Shown here in pieces: positions 1-7,104 of a stretch of 50,715 nt of DNA. Source of the DNA: Candidatus Eiseniibacteriota bacterium (GTDB lineage: Bacteria > Eisenbacteria > RBG-16-71-46); the NCBI GenBank assembly GCA_036522895.1, contig DATDEX010000425.1, positions 1 to 50,715 on the forward strand, given 5' to 3'. Under the pieces are notes generated by a model, which was given only the letters and a program-made list of their open reading frames with translations, ran no database searches and was not told where the DNA came from. Position numbers and translations under genes: made by a program. Each line of letters starts with the position of its first letter. Within the stretch, counting starts at the first letter, position 1.

Positions 1-410
1 CGCTGGCGCTGGACGCCTCGGGGGCCCCGGTGATCGCGATCGGGGCGCGAACCGGCGGTCCGTTCCGGCTCGTCTCGGCGAGCGTGCCGGGGGGAGCCCA
101 CCCGCTCGACGGCGATGTCGCGCCGGGCACGGGCCACGCGCTCGCCGCGTGGCCGACGCCGTACCGCGGCGGCGAACTCAACGTCTCGTTCGTCGTCCCG
201 CCCCACTCGTCCGACGCCGACGTGCGTGTGGTCGATCTCGCCGGCCGGCATGTCCGCACGCTCTCCCACAGCAGGCTCGAGCCGGGCCGTCGGATCCTCG
301 GATGGGACGGCCGCGACGATGCGGGCCACGCAGTGCCGAATGGCGTCTACTTCCTCATCGGCCGCAGCGACGATCAGACCTCGAGGCTCAAGCTGGCCGT
401 GCTCCGCTGA
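1..410 (+). CDS. 3' end of a secreted protein gene (5' end lies outside the window). It ends in an FlgD-Ig-like / T9SS-CTD-like beta-sandwich domain.
   Basis: The frame is open to the window edge, with no stop upstream of 30. The tail reads WPTPYRGGELNVSFVVP...VRVVDLAGRHVRTL...WDGRDDAGHAVPNGVYFLIGRS...KLAVLR. It has the same pattern as the C-termini of the 44020-46287 and 46404-48677 proteins. Confidence 0.7.
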   Translation, partial: LALDASGAPVIAIGARTGGPFRLVSASVPGGAHPLDGDVAPGTGHALAAWPTPYRGGELNVSFVVPPHSSDADVRVVDLAGRHVRTLSHSRLEPGRRILGWDGRDDAGHAVPNGVYFLIGRSDDQTSRLKLAVLR

Positions 411-516
411 ACGGGAGCAGGAATGCACGGCGGCGCCGAACGTTCGAACGAAGTGCCCCCCCACCCGGAGACGATTCGATCATCCCACGCCCACGTTCCA
501 CCAGGAGTGCACGAAC

Positions 517-2259
517 ATGGCTGGCTGGAAGGCGCAGCTCGCCGAGACCGCACGGCGCAATCGCATCGAACTCATCGACGCCAAACTCTCGCGGCGCGAG
601 CTCTTCAAGCTCGGTCTGCTCACGAGCTCGGGATACCTGGTCACGAAGGTCGGCCTGAGCGCGCGAGCGGTGCACGCGGACGACGGCCCGTCGAGCCCGC
701 CCACGACGCCGTGGGTCGAGGAGCTGCCGATTCCGGCCGTCCGGCAGCAGAACCCGCTGGATCCCGCACCCACGGCGGAGGTCAACACCGCGATGGGCGA
801 GATGGGCCGGGGCACGCACCAGGGCTGGACCCAGTTCTACGACCCGGCGAACCTCGACTCCTACCTCATCAATTACCAGCTCGCGCACCCCGTGTGGCAC
901 CGCGAGCTGCCGCCGGACGTGTGCTGGCTCTTCGACGGCGTCTTCCCGGGCCCGCGCCTGCACGCGCGCTACGGCCGCCCGACGCTGGTGCGCTTCCAGA
1001 ACCAGCTTCCCGCGCTCGACCAGCACACCGGGTACGGCCGCCCGGCGATGACGACCCACCTCCACAACGCCCACACGCCGTCCGAGAGCGACGGGAACCC
1101 GCTCGACGAGGTCCTGCCGGGCCACTGGAAGGATCACTTCTACCCCAACGTGCTCGCAGGCTTCACGGATCCCAAGTACGCCGGCACGATGGGGGATCCG
1201 CGCGAGAGCATGAGCACGCTCTGGTACCACGACCACATGGTGGACTTCACCGCGCAGAACATCTACCGCGGGCTCGCCGGCGTGTACTACCTGTTCAACG
1301 AATTCGACTCGGGGGACGAGAACGACCCGAACCCGAGCGCGTTCCGACTCCCGAGCGGCGCATTCGACGTACCGCTCGTGTTCCACGACCGCGTGTTCGA
1401 CTCGCAGGGTCTCGGCTATTACGACCTGTTCAATCTCGACGGTATCCTGGGCGACAAGTTCAGCGTGAACGGCAAGATCAATCCGTTCCTGCGGGTGGCG
1501 CGGCGCAAGTACCGCTTCCGCACCCAGAACATCGGCCCTTCGCGCTGGTACGAGTTCTTCCTCTCGAACGGGCAGGACCTCGTGCAGATCACCGAGGACG
1601 GCAACCTCCTGCCCGCGCCCTACCGCACGAAGAGCATCCGGCTCGCGGTGGCGGAGCGGAAGGACGTCATCCTCGACTTTTCGAGCTTTCCGGACGGGAC
1701 CGAGCTCTACCTCGTCAACTGCCTCGAACAGACGGACGGCCGCGGTCCGACGGGCAACGTGCTTTCGATCGGCGCAGGCACCCCGATCCTCAAATTCATC
1801 GTCGATGCCTCGATCGACACGCTCGGCGATCCGAGCCGCGTGCCGGACCGGTTCTACGACCTGCCACCCGTGGACATGAACGAGGTGGTCACGACCCGCA
1901 CGTTCGAGTTCGACCGCAGCAACGGCTCGTGGACCGTGAACGGGCGGACGTTCGATCCGGCGGTATTCAGCGCGAGCCCACGCCAGGGCACGGCCGAGGT
2001 GTGGACGATCGTCAACAGCTCGGGTGGCTGGATGCACCCGGTGCACATCCACTTCGAGGAGCACCGGATCCTGTCGCGGAACGGTTCACCGCCGCGCCCG
2101 AACGAGGTGTCGCGGAAGGACGTGATCGAGCTGGGGCACGGGGAGACGATCAAGATCTTCCTGCGCTTCCGCGACTTCCTCGGCCGCTACCCGATGCACT
2201 GCCACAACGTCGTCCACGAGGACCACGCCATGATGATCATGTGGGACATCGTGCCGTGA
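517..2259 (+). CDS. Tat-exported multicopper oxidase (laccase / bilirubin oxidase / CotA-like), 580 aa
   Basis: ATG 517 has AGGAG 9 nt upstream. There is a twin-arginine motif, SRRELFKLGLL. All four canonical copper-ligand motifs are present: HLHNAH, WYHDH, HPVHIHFEEH and HCHNVVHEDHAMM. The Arg/Ala-rich upstream extension of the ORF (115-516) was trimmed. Confidence 0.9.
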   Translation: MAGWKAQLAETARRNRIELIDAKLSRRELFKLGLLTSSGYLVTKVGLSARAVHADDGPSSPPTTPWVEELPIPAVRQQNPLDPAPTAEVNTAMGEMGRGTHQGWTQFYDPANLDSYLINYQLAHPVWHRELPPDVCWLFDGVFPGPRLHARYGRPTLVRFQNQLPALDQHTGYGRPAMTTHLHNAHTPSESDGNPLDEVLPGHWKDHFYPNVLAGFTDPKYAGTMGDPRESMSTLWYHDHMVDFTAQNIYRGLAGVYYLFNEFDSGDENDPNPSAFRLPSGAFDVPLVFHDRVFDSQGLGYYDLFNLDGILGDKFSVNGKINPFLRVARRKYRFRTQNIGPSRWYEFFLSNGQDLVQITEDGNLLPAPYRTKSIRLAVAERKDVILDFSSFPDGTELYLVNCLEQTDGRGPTGNVLSIGAGTPILKFIVDASIDTLGDPSRVPDRFYDLPPVDMNEVVTTRTFEFDRSNGSWTVNGRTFDPAVFSASPRQGTAEVWTIVNSSGGWMHPVHIHFEEHRILSRNGSPPRPNEVSRKDVIELGHGETIKIFLRFRDFLGRYPMHCHNVVHEDHAMMIMWDIVP

Positions 2260-2326
2260 TCACCCCGATCCCGACCGCTGCAGTCGGATCCGGCGACGGA
2301 TCCCATCCGAGCCCGGAGGCTGAACG

Positions 2327-2986
2327 ATGAACCGACGACAACTGCTCATGCTCGCGGGGCTCGCACCGCTCGCCGCCGCGGCGGCGCCGGTGGCTTCGTA
2401 CGTCCAGCGCCGGGCCCATCCGCGCCGGATCCGACCGGCCACGGGGTTTCACGCCGACTACTTCCCCAACGTGGTGCTGCGCACGCAGGACGACCGGCCC
2501 GTGCGGCTCTACGACGACCTGCTGCGGGGGAAGAACGTGCTCGTCAACTTCTTCTATGCCAACTGCAAGGACGGCATCTGCCCCGTCACGACCCAGAACC
2601 TCGTGCGGGTGCAGCGACTGCTCGGGGAGCGCTGCGGCCGGGACGTGTTCATGTATTCGTTCTCGCTCGCGCCGGAGCAGGACACGCCCGCGCGGCTCCG
2701 CCACTACGCGGCGATGCACGGCACGGGGCCGGGCTGGCTCTTCCTCACGGGTGCGGTGGACGATCTCGAGCTCTGCCGGGTCCGGCTCGGGTTCACGGAC
2801 CCGGACCCTAAGCTCGACCGCCAGCGCGGTCAGCACACCGCGGTCGTGCTGCTCGGGAACGAGCCCCACCAGCGCTGGATGGCGACGCCGGCGGCGACGC
2901 GGCCGGGCTTCCTCGTCGAGCAGCTCGGCTGGGTGATGGGCGGGGATCCCGGACGCGTTCAGACCACCGCGACCTTCACGCAGTGA
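2327..2986 (+). CDS. SCO1/SenC-like thioredoxin-fold copper chaperone with an atypical CX4C site, 219 aa
   Basis: GGAGG lies 7 nt upstream of the ATG. The N-terminus is Tat-like or signal-like (MNRRQLLMLAGLAPLAAAAAP). The redox/metal motif reads VLVNFFYANCKDGICPVTT in the position of the SCO CxxxCP motif, with a downstream His (QHTAVVLLG). The gene sits immediately downstream of the multicopper oxidase. Confidence 0.75.
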   Translation: MNRRQLLMLAGLAPLAAAAAPVASYVQRRAHPRRIRPATGFHADYFPNVVLRTQDDRPVRLYDDLLRGKNVLVNFFYANCKDGICPVTTQNLVRVQRLLGERCGRDVFMYSFSLAPEQDTPARLRHYAAMHGTGPGWLFLTGAVDDLELCRVRLGFTDPDPKLDRQRGQHTAVVLLGNEPHQRWMATPAATRPGFLVEQLGWVMGGDPGRVQTTATFTQ

Positions 2987-4050
2987 ATCGGCGGTAGCGC
3001 GTCGAAGACGCAGCTCCACTCCTCGCCGCCGTCGCGGCCGATCCAGAGCTGGCCGGTCGTGGTCCCGAAGTAGAGCGCGGGCGACTTGAGCTCGTCGACG
3101 TCCATCGCGTCGCGCTGGACCGTGAAGTAACTCTGCTTCTTCGGCAGCCCCTTCGCGAGCCGCTTCCAGGAGTCGCCGCCGTTCTCGCTCCGCCACACCG
3201 CCGGGGCCCCTCCCGGACACGTGCGCGTCATCGGCTCGAGCGGCATGACGTACACCGTGTCCGCATCGTGCGGGTGAACGACGAGCGGGAAGCCGAAGTC
3301 CGACGGCAGCCCGGCGGCGATCGAGCGCCAGGAGTGGCCGTGGTCGTCGCTCCGGAGCACGCCGATGCCCGGGCGCTCCGGCCAGCCCCCGTGGTTCTGC
3401 ATGTAGAACCGGCCGGGGGCGTCCTTGTGACCCGCGATCTTGTGCACGCACTGCCCGAACTCGGGATTGGGGTCGGGCGAGAAGCCGGCGCCGACGCCCT
3501 TGTTCGCCGCCGTGAACGTCGTGCCGCCATCCTCGCTCAGGTAGTGCCCGCCGGTGGAGATGCCGAGGTGCACCCGCTTCCCGTCGCGCACGATCGTGTG
3601 CATGCAGAGCCCGCCGTTTCCGGGATTCCACTTCCTCGCGTGCTCGTGATTGCTGATCCCCTGCACCATCTCCCACGAATCCCCGCCGTCCGGGCTCCGG
3701 AACAGCGACGCCGGCTCGACGCCGCACCAGAGGTCCTTCGAGTCGCTGCCCGGCTCGAGCGACCAGATGTTCGCGAGCGCGCGGCCGTCGTCCTTGGGGA
3801 ACGCGGGCGCGGACGTGGTCTCCTTGAACGACTTCCCGAGGTCGGTCGAGCGCAGGACCTTCATGCCGAAGAACGGGTTGCAGCTCGAGGCGTAGAGGCG
3901 CGGCGACTTGCGCGTGTCGATGAGCGCCGAGTACACGCTCACGCCGGGGCCGAACGGCCCGCGGAGCGCGAACGTGTTTCGCGTCTTCGCGGCCTCGGCG
4001 ACGAACAACCCCTTCTTGGTCCCGATACAGAGAATCACACGCTCCGGCAT
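2959..4050 (-). CDS. BNR/Asp-box repeat (sialidase-like, Ycf48-like) beta-propeller protein, 363 aa
   Basis: It contains repeated Asp-box-like motifs: STDLGKSF, SPDGGDSWE, SEDGGTTF, SDDHGHSWR, SENGGDSWK and GRDGGEEW. The ATG lies 2 nt after the stop of the upstream MoaD-like gene. An AGGAGG Shine-Dalgarno sequence is formed by that gene's final Ser-Gly-Gly codons. Confidence 0.8.
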   Translation of the reverse strand: MPERVILCIGTKKGLFVAEAAKTRNTFALRGPFGPGVSVYSALIDTRKSPRLYASSCNPFFGMKVLRSTDLGKSFKETTSAPAFPKDDGRALANIWSLEPGSDSKDLWCGVEPASLFRSPDGGDSWEMVQGISNHEHARKWNPGNGGLCMHTIVRDGKRVHLGISTGGHYLSEDGGTTFTAANKGVGAGFSPDPNPEFGQCVHKIAGHKDAPGRFYMQNHGGWPERPGIGVLRSDDHGHSWRSIAAGLPSDFGFPLVVHPHDADTVYVMPLEPMTRTCPGGAPAVWRSENGGDSWKRLAKGLPKKQSYFTVQRDAMDVDELKSPALYFGTTTGQLWIGRDGGEEWSCVFDALPPIHCVKVAVV

Positions 4051-4052
4051 GT

Positions 4053-4343
4053 TCAGCCTCCTGAAACCGCGGTCAGGATGGTGACGGTGTCACCCGGTTC
4101 CAGCACCGTGTCGAGCCCTTCCCGATCGCGGATGCTGGACGTATTGACGAACACATTGATGTGGCGGCGCACCGCGCCCGTCTCGTCACAGACGCTCCGG
4201 TAGAGGGGCGGGTAGCGCTGCTCGAGTTCCTCGAGCACGACGCGCACGGTCGGCGCCGCGAGCGGAAAGCTCGAGCGGCCCGCGCAGCAGTCGCGGAGCG
4301 CGGCGGGGACACGGATCGTGACGTTCGTGACGGCTTGGGTCAT
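4053..4343 (-). CDS. MoaD/ThiS-family ubiquitin-like small protein ending in Gly-Gly, 96 aa
   Basis: The size fits the family. The pattern is typical of a beta-grasp fold (IRVPAALRD...VNTSSIRDREGLDTVLEPGDTVTILTAVSGG) and the protein ends exactly in GG. Confidence 0.8.
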   Translation of the reverse strand: MTQAVTNVTIRVPAALRDCCAGRSSFPLAAPTVRVVLEELEQRYPPLYRSVCDETGAVRRHINVFVNTSSIRDREGLDTVLEPGDTVTILTAVSGG

Positions 4344-4570
4344 GGCGAGGGACCGTGTCGGGCGCGGTACTGGCAGCCTTACAACCGGTGGAATGGGGTG
4401 CGCGACGATGCAACCGCTCGCAGGTTAGCGCGGTGGGCGGGGGGCCTTCAACAGGATCCGGCGGCCGGCACGGGCTCGCCGGCCCTCGCACCGGCCGGGC
4501 CCCGGAAGAATCCGACGAACGCCCGGGAATTCCCCGCGGACGGCCCCGCCGCGCGGGCCCCGGAAATGCC

Positions 4571-4601
4571 CGCGGGGGCCCGCAACAGGCGAGCCCCCGC
4601 G
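4571..4601 (-). terminator. GC-rich hairpin 20 nt downstream of the 4621-5196 gene, a candidate intrinsic terminator
   Basis: A perfect 9-bp stem pairs CGCGGGGGC (4571-4579) with GCCCCCGCG (4593-4601) around a 13-nt loop. There is only a weak T run after it on the minus strand. Confidence 0.3.
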
Positions 4602-4620
4602 CCGGCACGTGATCCCCCGA

Positions 4621-5196
4621 TCACTGCACCTGGTAGACCCGGAACTGGACGATCCGGAAGTCGGCATTCGTGTCGACGGTCCAGATCAGGTCCTCGAGGC
4701 TCGCGTCGAACATCGCGGAGGGGGCGAGTTGGAACTTGGACTGTCCGCTCGCCCGCGTGAGGTCGATGGTGCCGAGCAGACACAGCGTGTCGCCCGTGGC
4801 AAAGTCGGTCACCGTCTGGCCGCAGGCGAAGAAGTGGCCACCCGGCTTCCCGAGGATTCGCATGTACACGTTGAAGAGACCGACCTGGTTGGTCTGGAGC
4901 ACGGCCTGGTGGTCCGACGTCGCGTTGCAGTCGACCACGCTCCAGTTGGCGCCATTCTTGACGAGGACCTGTGCCTTCGACGCCTCCCGGTTCACGAAGA
5001 TGCGGTGTCCGTCCCCGCAGTTGCCGTCGTACGTCCGGCCTGCGGGGTACCCGATCACGTTGAAGTTGTAGACGAGTTTGGCCCCGATCGGAATCGGTGC
5101 GGGCGACGCCTGCGCGTTGCCGGCGAACGTCGTGGCCGCGAACAGCAGCACCACGGCCAGCGCCTTCGACAGCGTGTGAGATGGAGTGTGACGCAT
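4621..5196 (-). CDS. Secreted hypothetical protein, 191 aa
   Basis: The internal ATG at 5196 has AGGAG 9 nt upstream. It is followed by a classical signal peptide, MRHTPSHTLSKALAVVLLFAATTFAGNAQA. The mature part is Cys-containing and looks beta-rich. I recognise no family. Confidence 0.7.
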   Translation of the reverse strand: MRHTPSHTLSKALAVVLLFAATTFAGNAQASPAPIPIGAKLVYNFNVIGYPAGRTYDGNCGDGHRIFVNREASKAQVLVKNGANWSVVDCNATSDHQAVLQTNQVGLFNVYMRILGKPGGHFFACGQTVTDFATGDTLCLLGTIDLTRASGQSKFQLAPSAMFDASLEDLIWTVDTNADFRIVQFRVYQVQ

Positions 5197-5411
5197 TGAG
5201 CCGCTCCTATGGAGTGGGTTGATGGTCGGACACTCCCCGCCGTGCGCGAGCGGGCGGCGGGCAGTCTCGCATCCACGCCGGGCGACGCGCGCCGCCCGGC
5301 GGTGGCGCGCCCAGCAGCGATCGTGCCTCGGGGCCCGTGCAGGATTCACGGGTTCGCCGGGCTTGCCGCACACCGGCTTGCGTGGTCCGCATCCGGCGAA
5401 CGCCGCGATTG

Positions 5412-5540
5412 GCGACGCGTTCGCGAAATGCGTCGCGCGGGAACCGGATTAGAGGCGTGCAGTTCGTGGCACGGGTGCGTGTTGCTGACCCGCGCCCCGT
5501 CCGTGCAACCGTGGCGCGACGCGTTCGTTGACATCGCGCC
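5412..5540. promoter_or_regulatory. Two related dyad-symmetric sites in a 600-bp divergent intergenic region, candidate operator pair
   Basis: Site 1 is GCGACGC-N11-GCGTCGC (5412-5436), with the palindrome TTCGCGAA in its centre. Site 2 is GGCGCGA-N14-TCGCGCC (5513-5540). Both contain the same 12-mer, GCGACGCGTTCG (5412-5423 and 5516-5527), placed 104 bp apart. Confidence 0.3.
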
Positions 5541-5652
5541 GCACGCCACCGTCCCGTCGCTGCGAATTCGGCGCTTGCGCGGCCATTTCTCGAACCCTCG
5601 GTCGACATTTCGGCCCGAAGAGGCCGGATGCGAACGCATTCTCTGACACGAG

Positions 5653-5681
5653 TTTGACCCTGCGCCCCACGCGCCCTAGCG
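5653..5681 (+). promoter_or_regulatory. Candidate sigma70-type promoter for the 5797 gene
   Basis: TTGACC (5653-5658), then a 17-nt spacer, then TAGCGT (5676-5681), about 115 nt upstream of the ATG. This is a hexamer match only. Confidence 0.2.
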
Positions 5682-5796
5682 TGCTTGGTTCGGGATCCCA
5701 TGGACCGGGAACGCAGCGGGCCGCGCTGGAAACCATCCAGCCGGCTCCCCGCTACGCATCCTGAGCCTCCGGCCGGGGAATTCCAGAGGAGGCTGC

Positions 5797-6957
5797 ATGT
5801 TGCGTTCCCTGCGGACGCTCATCGTCCTGGTTGCGCTGCTGATCGGGGTGATCCAGCTCGTCGCGCCGCGCCCCGCGAGCACACTCCCGCTCTTCGCCCG
5901 GGACCGCAAAGTCCCCTGCACGACCTGCCACATGGCGTTTCCGCGCCTCAATCCATTCGGCATGCAGTTCAAGCAGAATGGCTACCGGATGCCGGGCGAG
6001 AAGGGCACGTCACCCTGGGAGAAGGAGAGCTTCCCGATCTCGCTCATCGGCAACGTGGGCGCGGACTGGTTGCACACGGACGTCGACACGGGCGGACCGT
6101 CGCGGTTCAAGTCGACGCAGTCGTCGTTCCGGCAGAACTGGGTCGAGTTCCACACCTGCGGCACGCTGGCGGAGAAGGTGACGTTCCACTTCGACAACGG
6201 CTTCAGCGAGGACTCGGGGCTGCTCGAGAGCGGCATGGCGTTCGTGCAGTTCGACGACGTCGCGGCCGACGGGAAGCTCAACGTCAAGCTCGGCATCTTC
6301 GACGGCGAGATCCCCTACCTCTCGGACGCGCGGCGCACGACCATGGCCGGCTACCTCACCGACTGGACGCAGGACAACCGCGGCATCGAGCTGAACGGCA
6401 GGACGAACCCGTGGATGTACGCCGCGGGCGTCGTGAACAGCGACCGCACGCAGGGCAAGGCCGGCTCGACGAACTTGAATCAGTTCGAGAACGTCTACGG
6501 CTGGCTCACCCGCGAGATCAACAATTGCATGGTCACGGCGCGCGTGCGCCTCGAGCGGCAGGATCCGCGCGCGGCCGACAAGGACGCTTCGACACACATG
6601 GAGTCGAACTTCAGCCTCTACCTGACCCCGTCGTCGGGGCGCTTCGCGGTCATCCCGGCCGTGACGCTCGAGCACTTCTCCGACGTCCCGTCGGCGAAGG
6701 ACATCGACACGGGCATGGTCGAGGCGATCGCCCTGCTCGACAAGGACGGCAGGTGGGTGGGCACCGGCCGGTTCGAAGACCGGCGCACGCTGGCCTCGGG
6801 CGGCGTGGACGCGACGTCCGAGACGCAGGCGGCGCTCAACCTGGCGTACTACGTGAACCCGAACGCGCGTGTCGCGCTCGACTGGACGCACAACGCGCTC
6901 GACCACGACGGGCCGAAGGCCGACGAGTTGCGGGCCTTCGTCCACGTAGGCTACTGA
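5797..6957 (+). CDS. Fused monoheme cytochrome c / outer-membrane beta-barrel protein (Cyc2-like cytochrome-porin), 386 aa
   Basis: GAGGAGG lies 4-5 nt upstream of the ATG. The signal peptide is MLRSLRTLIVLVALLIGVIQLVA. A single CxxCH (PCTTCHMAFPRLNPFGMQFKQNGY) follows directly after it. The remaining ~330 aa have alternating beta-strand-like patterns and end in an aromatic residue (FVHVGY). Confidence 0.85.
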   Translation: MLRSLRTLIVLVALLIGVIQLVAPRPASTLPLFARDRKVPCTTCHMAFPRLNPFGMQFKQNGYRMPGEKGTSPWEKESFPISLIGNVGADWLHTDVDTGGPSRFKSTQSSFRQNWVEFHTCGTLAEKVTFHFDNGFSEDSGLLESGMAFVQFDDVAADGKLNVKLGIFDGEIPYLSDARRTTMAGYLTDWTQDNRGIELNGRTNPWMYAAGVVNSDRTQGKAGSTNLNQFENVYGWLTREINNCMVTARVRLERQDPRAADKDASTHMESNFSLYLTPSSGRFAVIPAVTLEHFSDVPSAKDIDTGMVEAIALLDKDGRWVGTGRFEDRRTLASGGVDATSETQAALNLAYYVNPNARVALDWTHNALDHDGPKADELRAFVHVGY

Positions 6958-6968
6958 GCCTCGAACGT

Positions 6969-7000
6969 GCCGGCCGCTCACGAGCGTGAGCGCGGCCGGC
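6969..7000. terminator. Strong GC hairpin between convergent genes, a candidate bidirectional terminator
   Basis: GCCGGCCGCTCAC-GAGC-GTGAGCGCGGCCGGC forms 13 bp of stem with a 2-nt bulge and a 4-nt loop. It lies between the stops at 6957 (+) and 7105 (-). There is no clear U-tract. Confidence 0.4.
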
Positions 7001-7104
7001 CCCTGTAGGCTGCAAGAGCTCACGCGATCGCGCCCGGCGGACTCCCGCCGGGCGCGTCGCGTTTCCGCCCAGCTGGCGGCAGACGTGCCGCCCGCCACCG
7101 GCCC

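Noticed and set aside
388-2064. A 558-aa minus-strand ORF, plus 423-2330 (+), overlapping the multicopper oxidase
   Set aside because: The composition is Arg/Ala/Val-rich and low in complexity. The 517-2259 frame carries all four copper-binding motifs and a Tat signal.
4344-4620. Possible Moco or other riboswitch in the 277-nt region upstream of the MoaD-like gene. A weak promoter match is also present (TTGAAG-N18-TAACCT, 4422-4451, minus strand).
   Set aside because: I could not recognise the conserved Moco-motif core or any other known riboswitch signature by eye. The hexamer match is weak. This would need an Infernal/Rfam scan.
5209-5646. ORFs of 64-164 aa on both strands inside the 600-bp intergenic region (5207-5701 -, 5209-5646 +, and others)
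   Set aside because: They have no Shine-Dalgarno sequence, are Arg/Ala/Pro-rich and have no recognisable motifs. I treated the region as non-coding regulatory DNA. I cannot exclude a small protein without ribosome profiling.
5686-5697. GGTTCGGGATCC, resembling a tRNA T-arm/T-loop (GGTTCGAATCC)
   Set aside because: The flanks do not fold into a cloverleaf. There is no acceptor stem, no anticodon arm and no proper 5-bp T-stem. It is an isolated similarity only.
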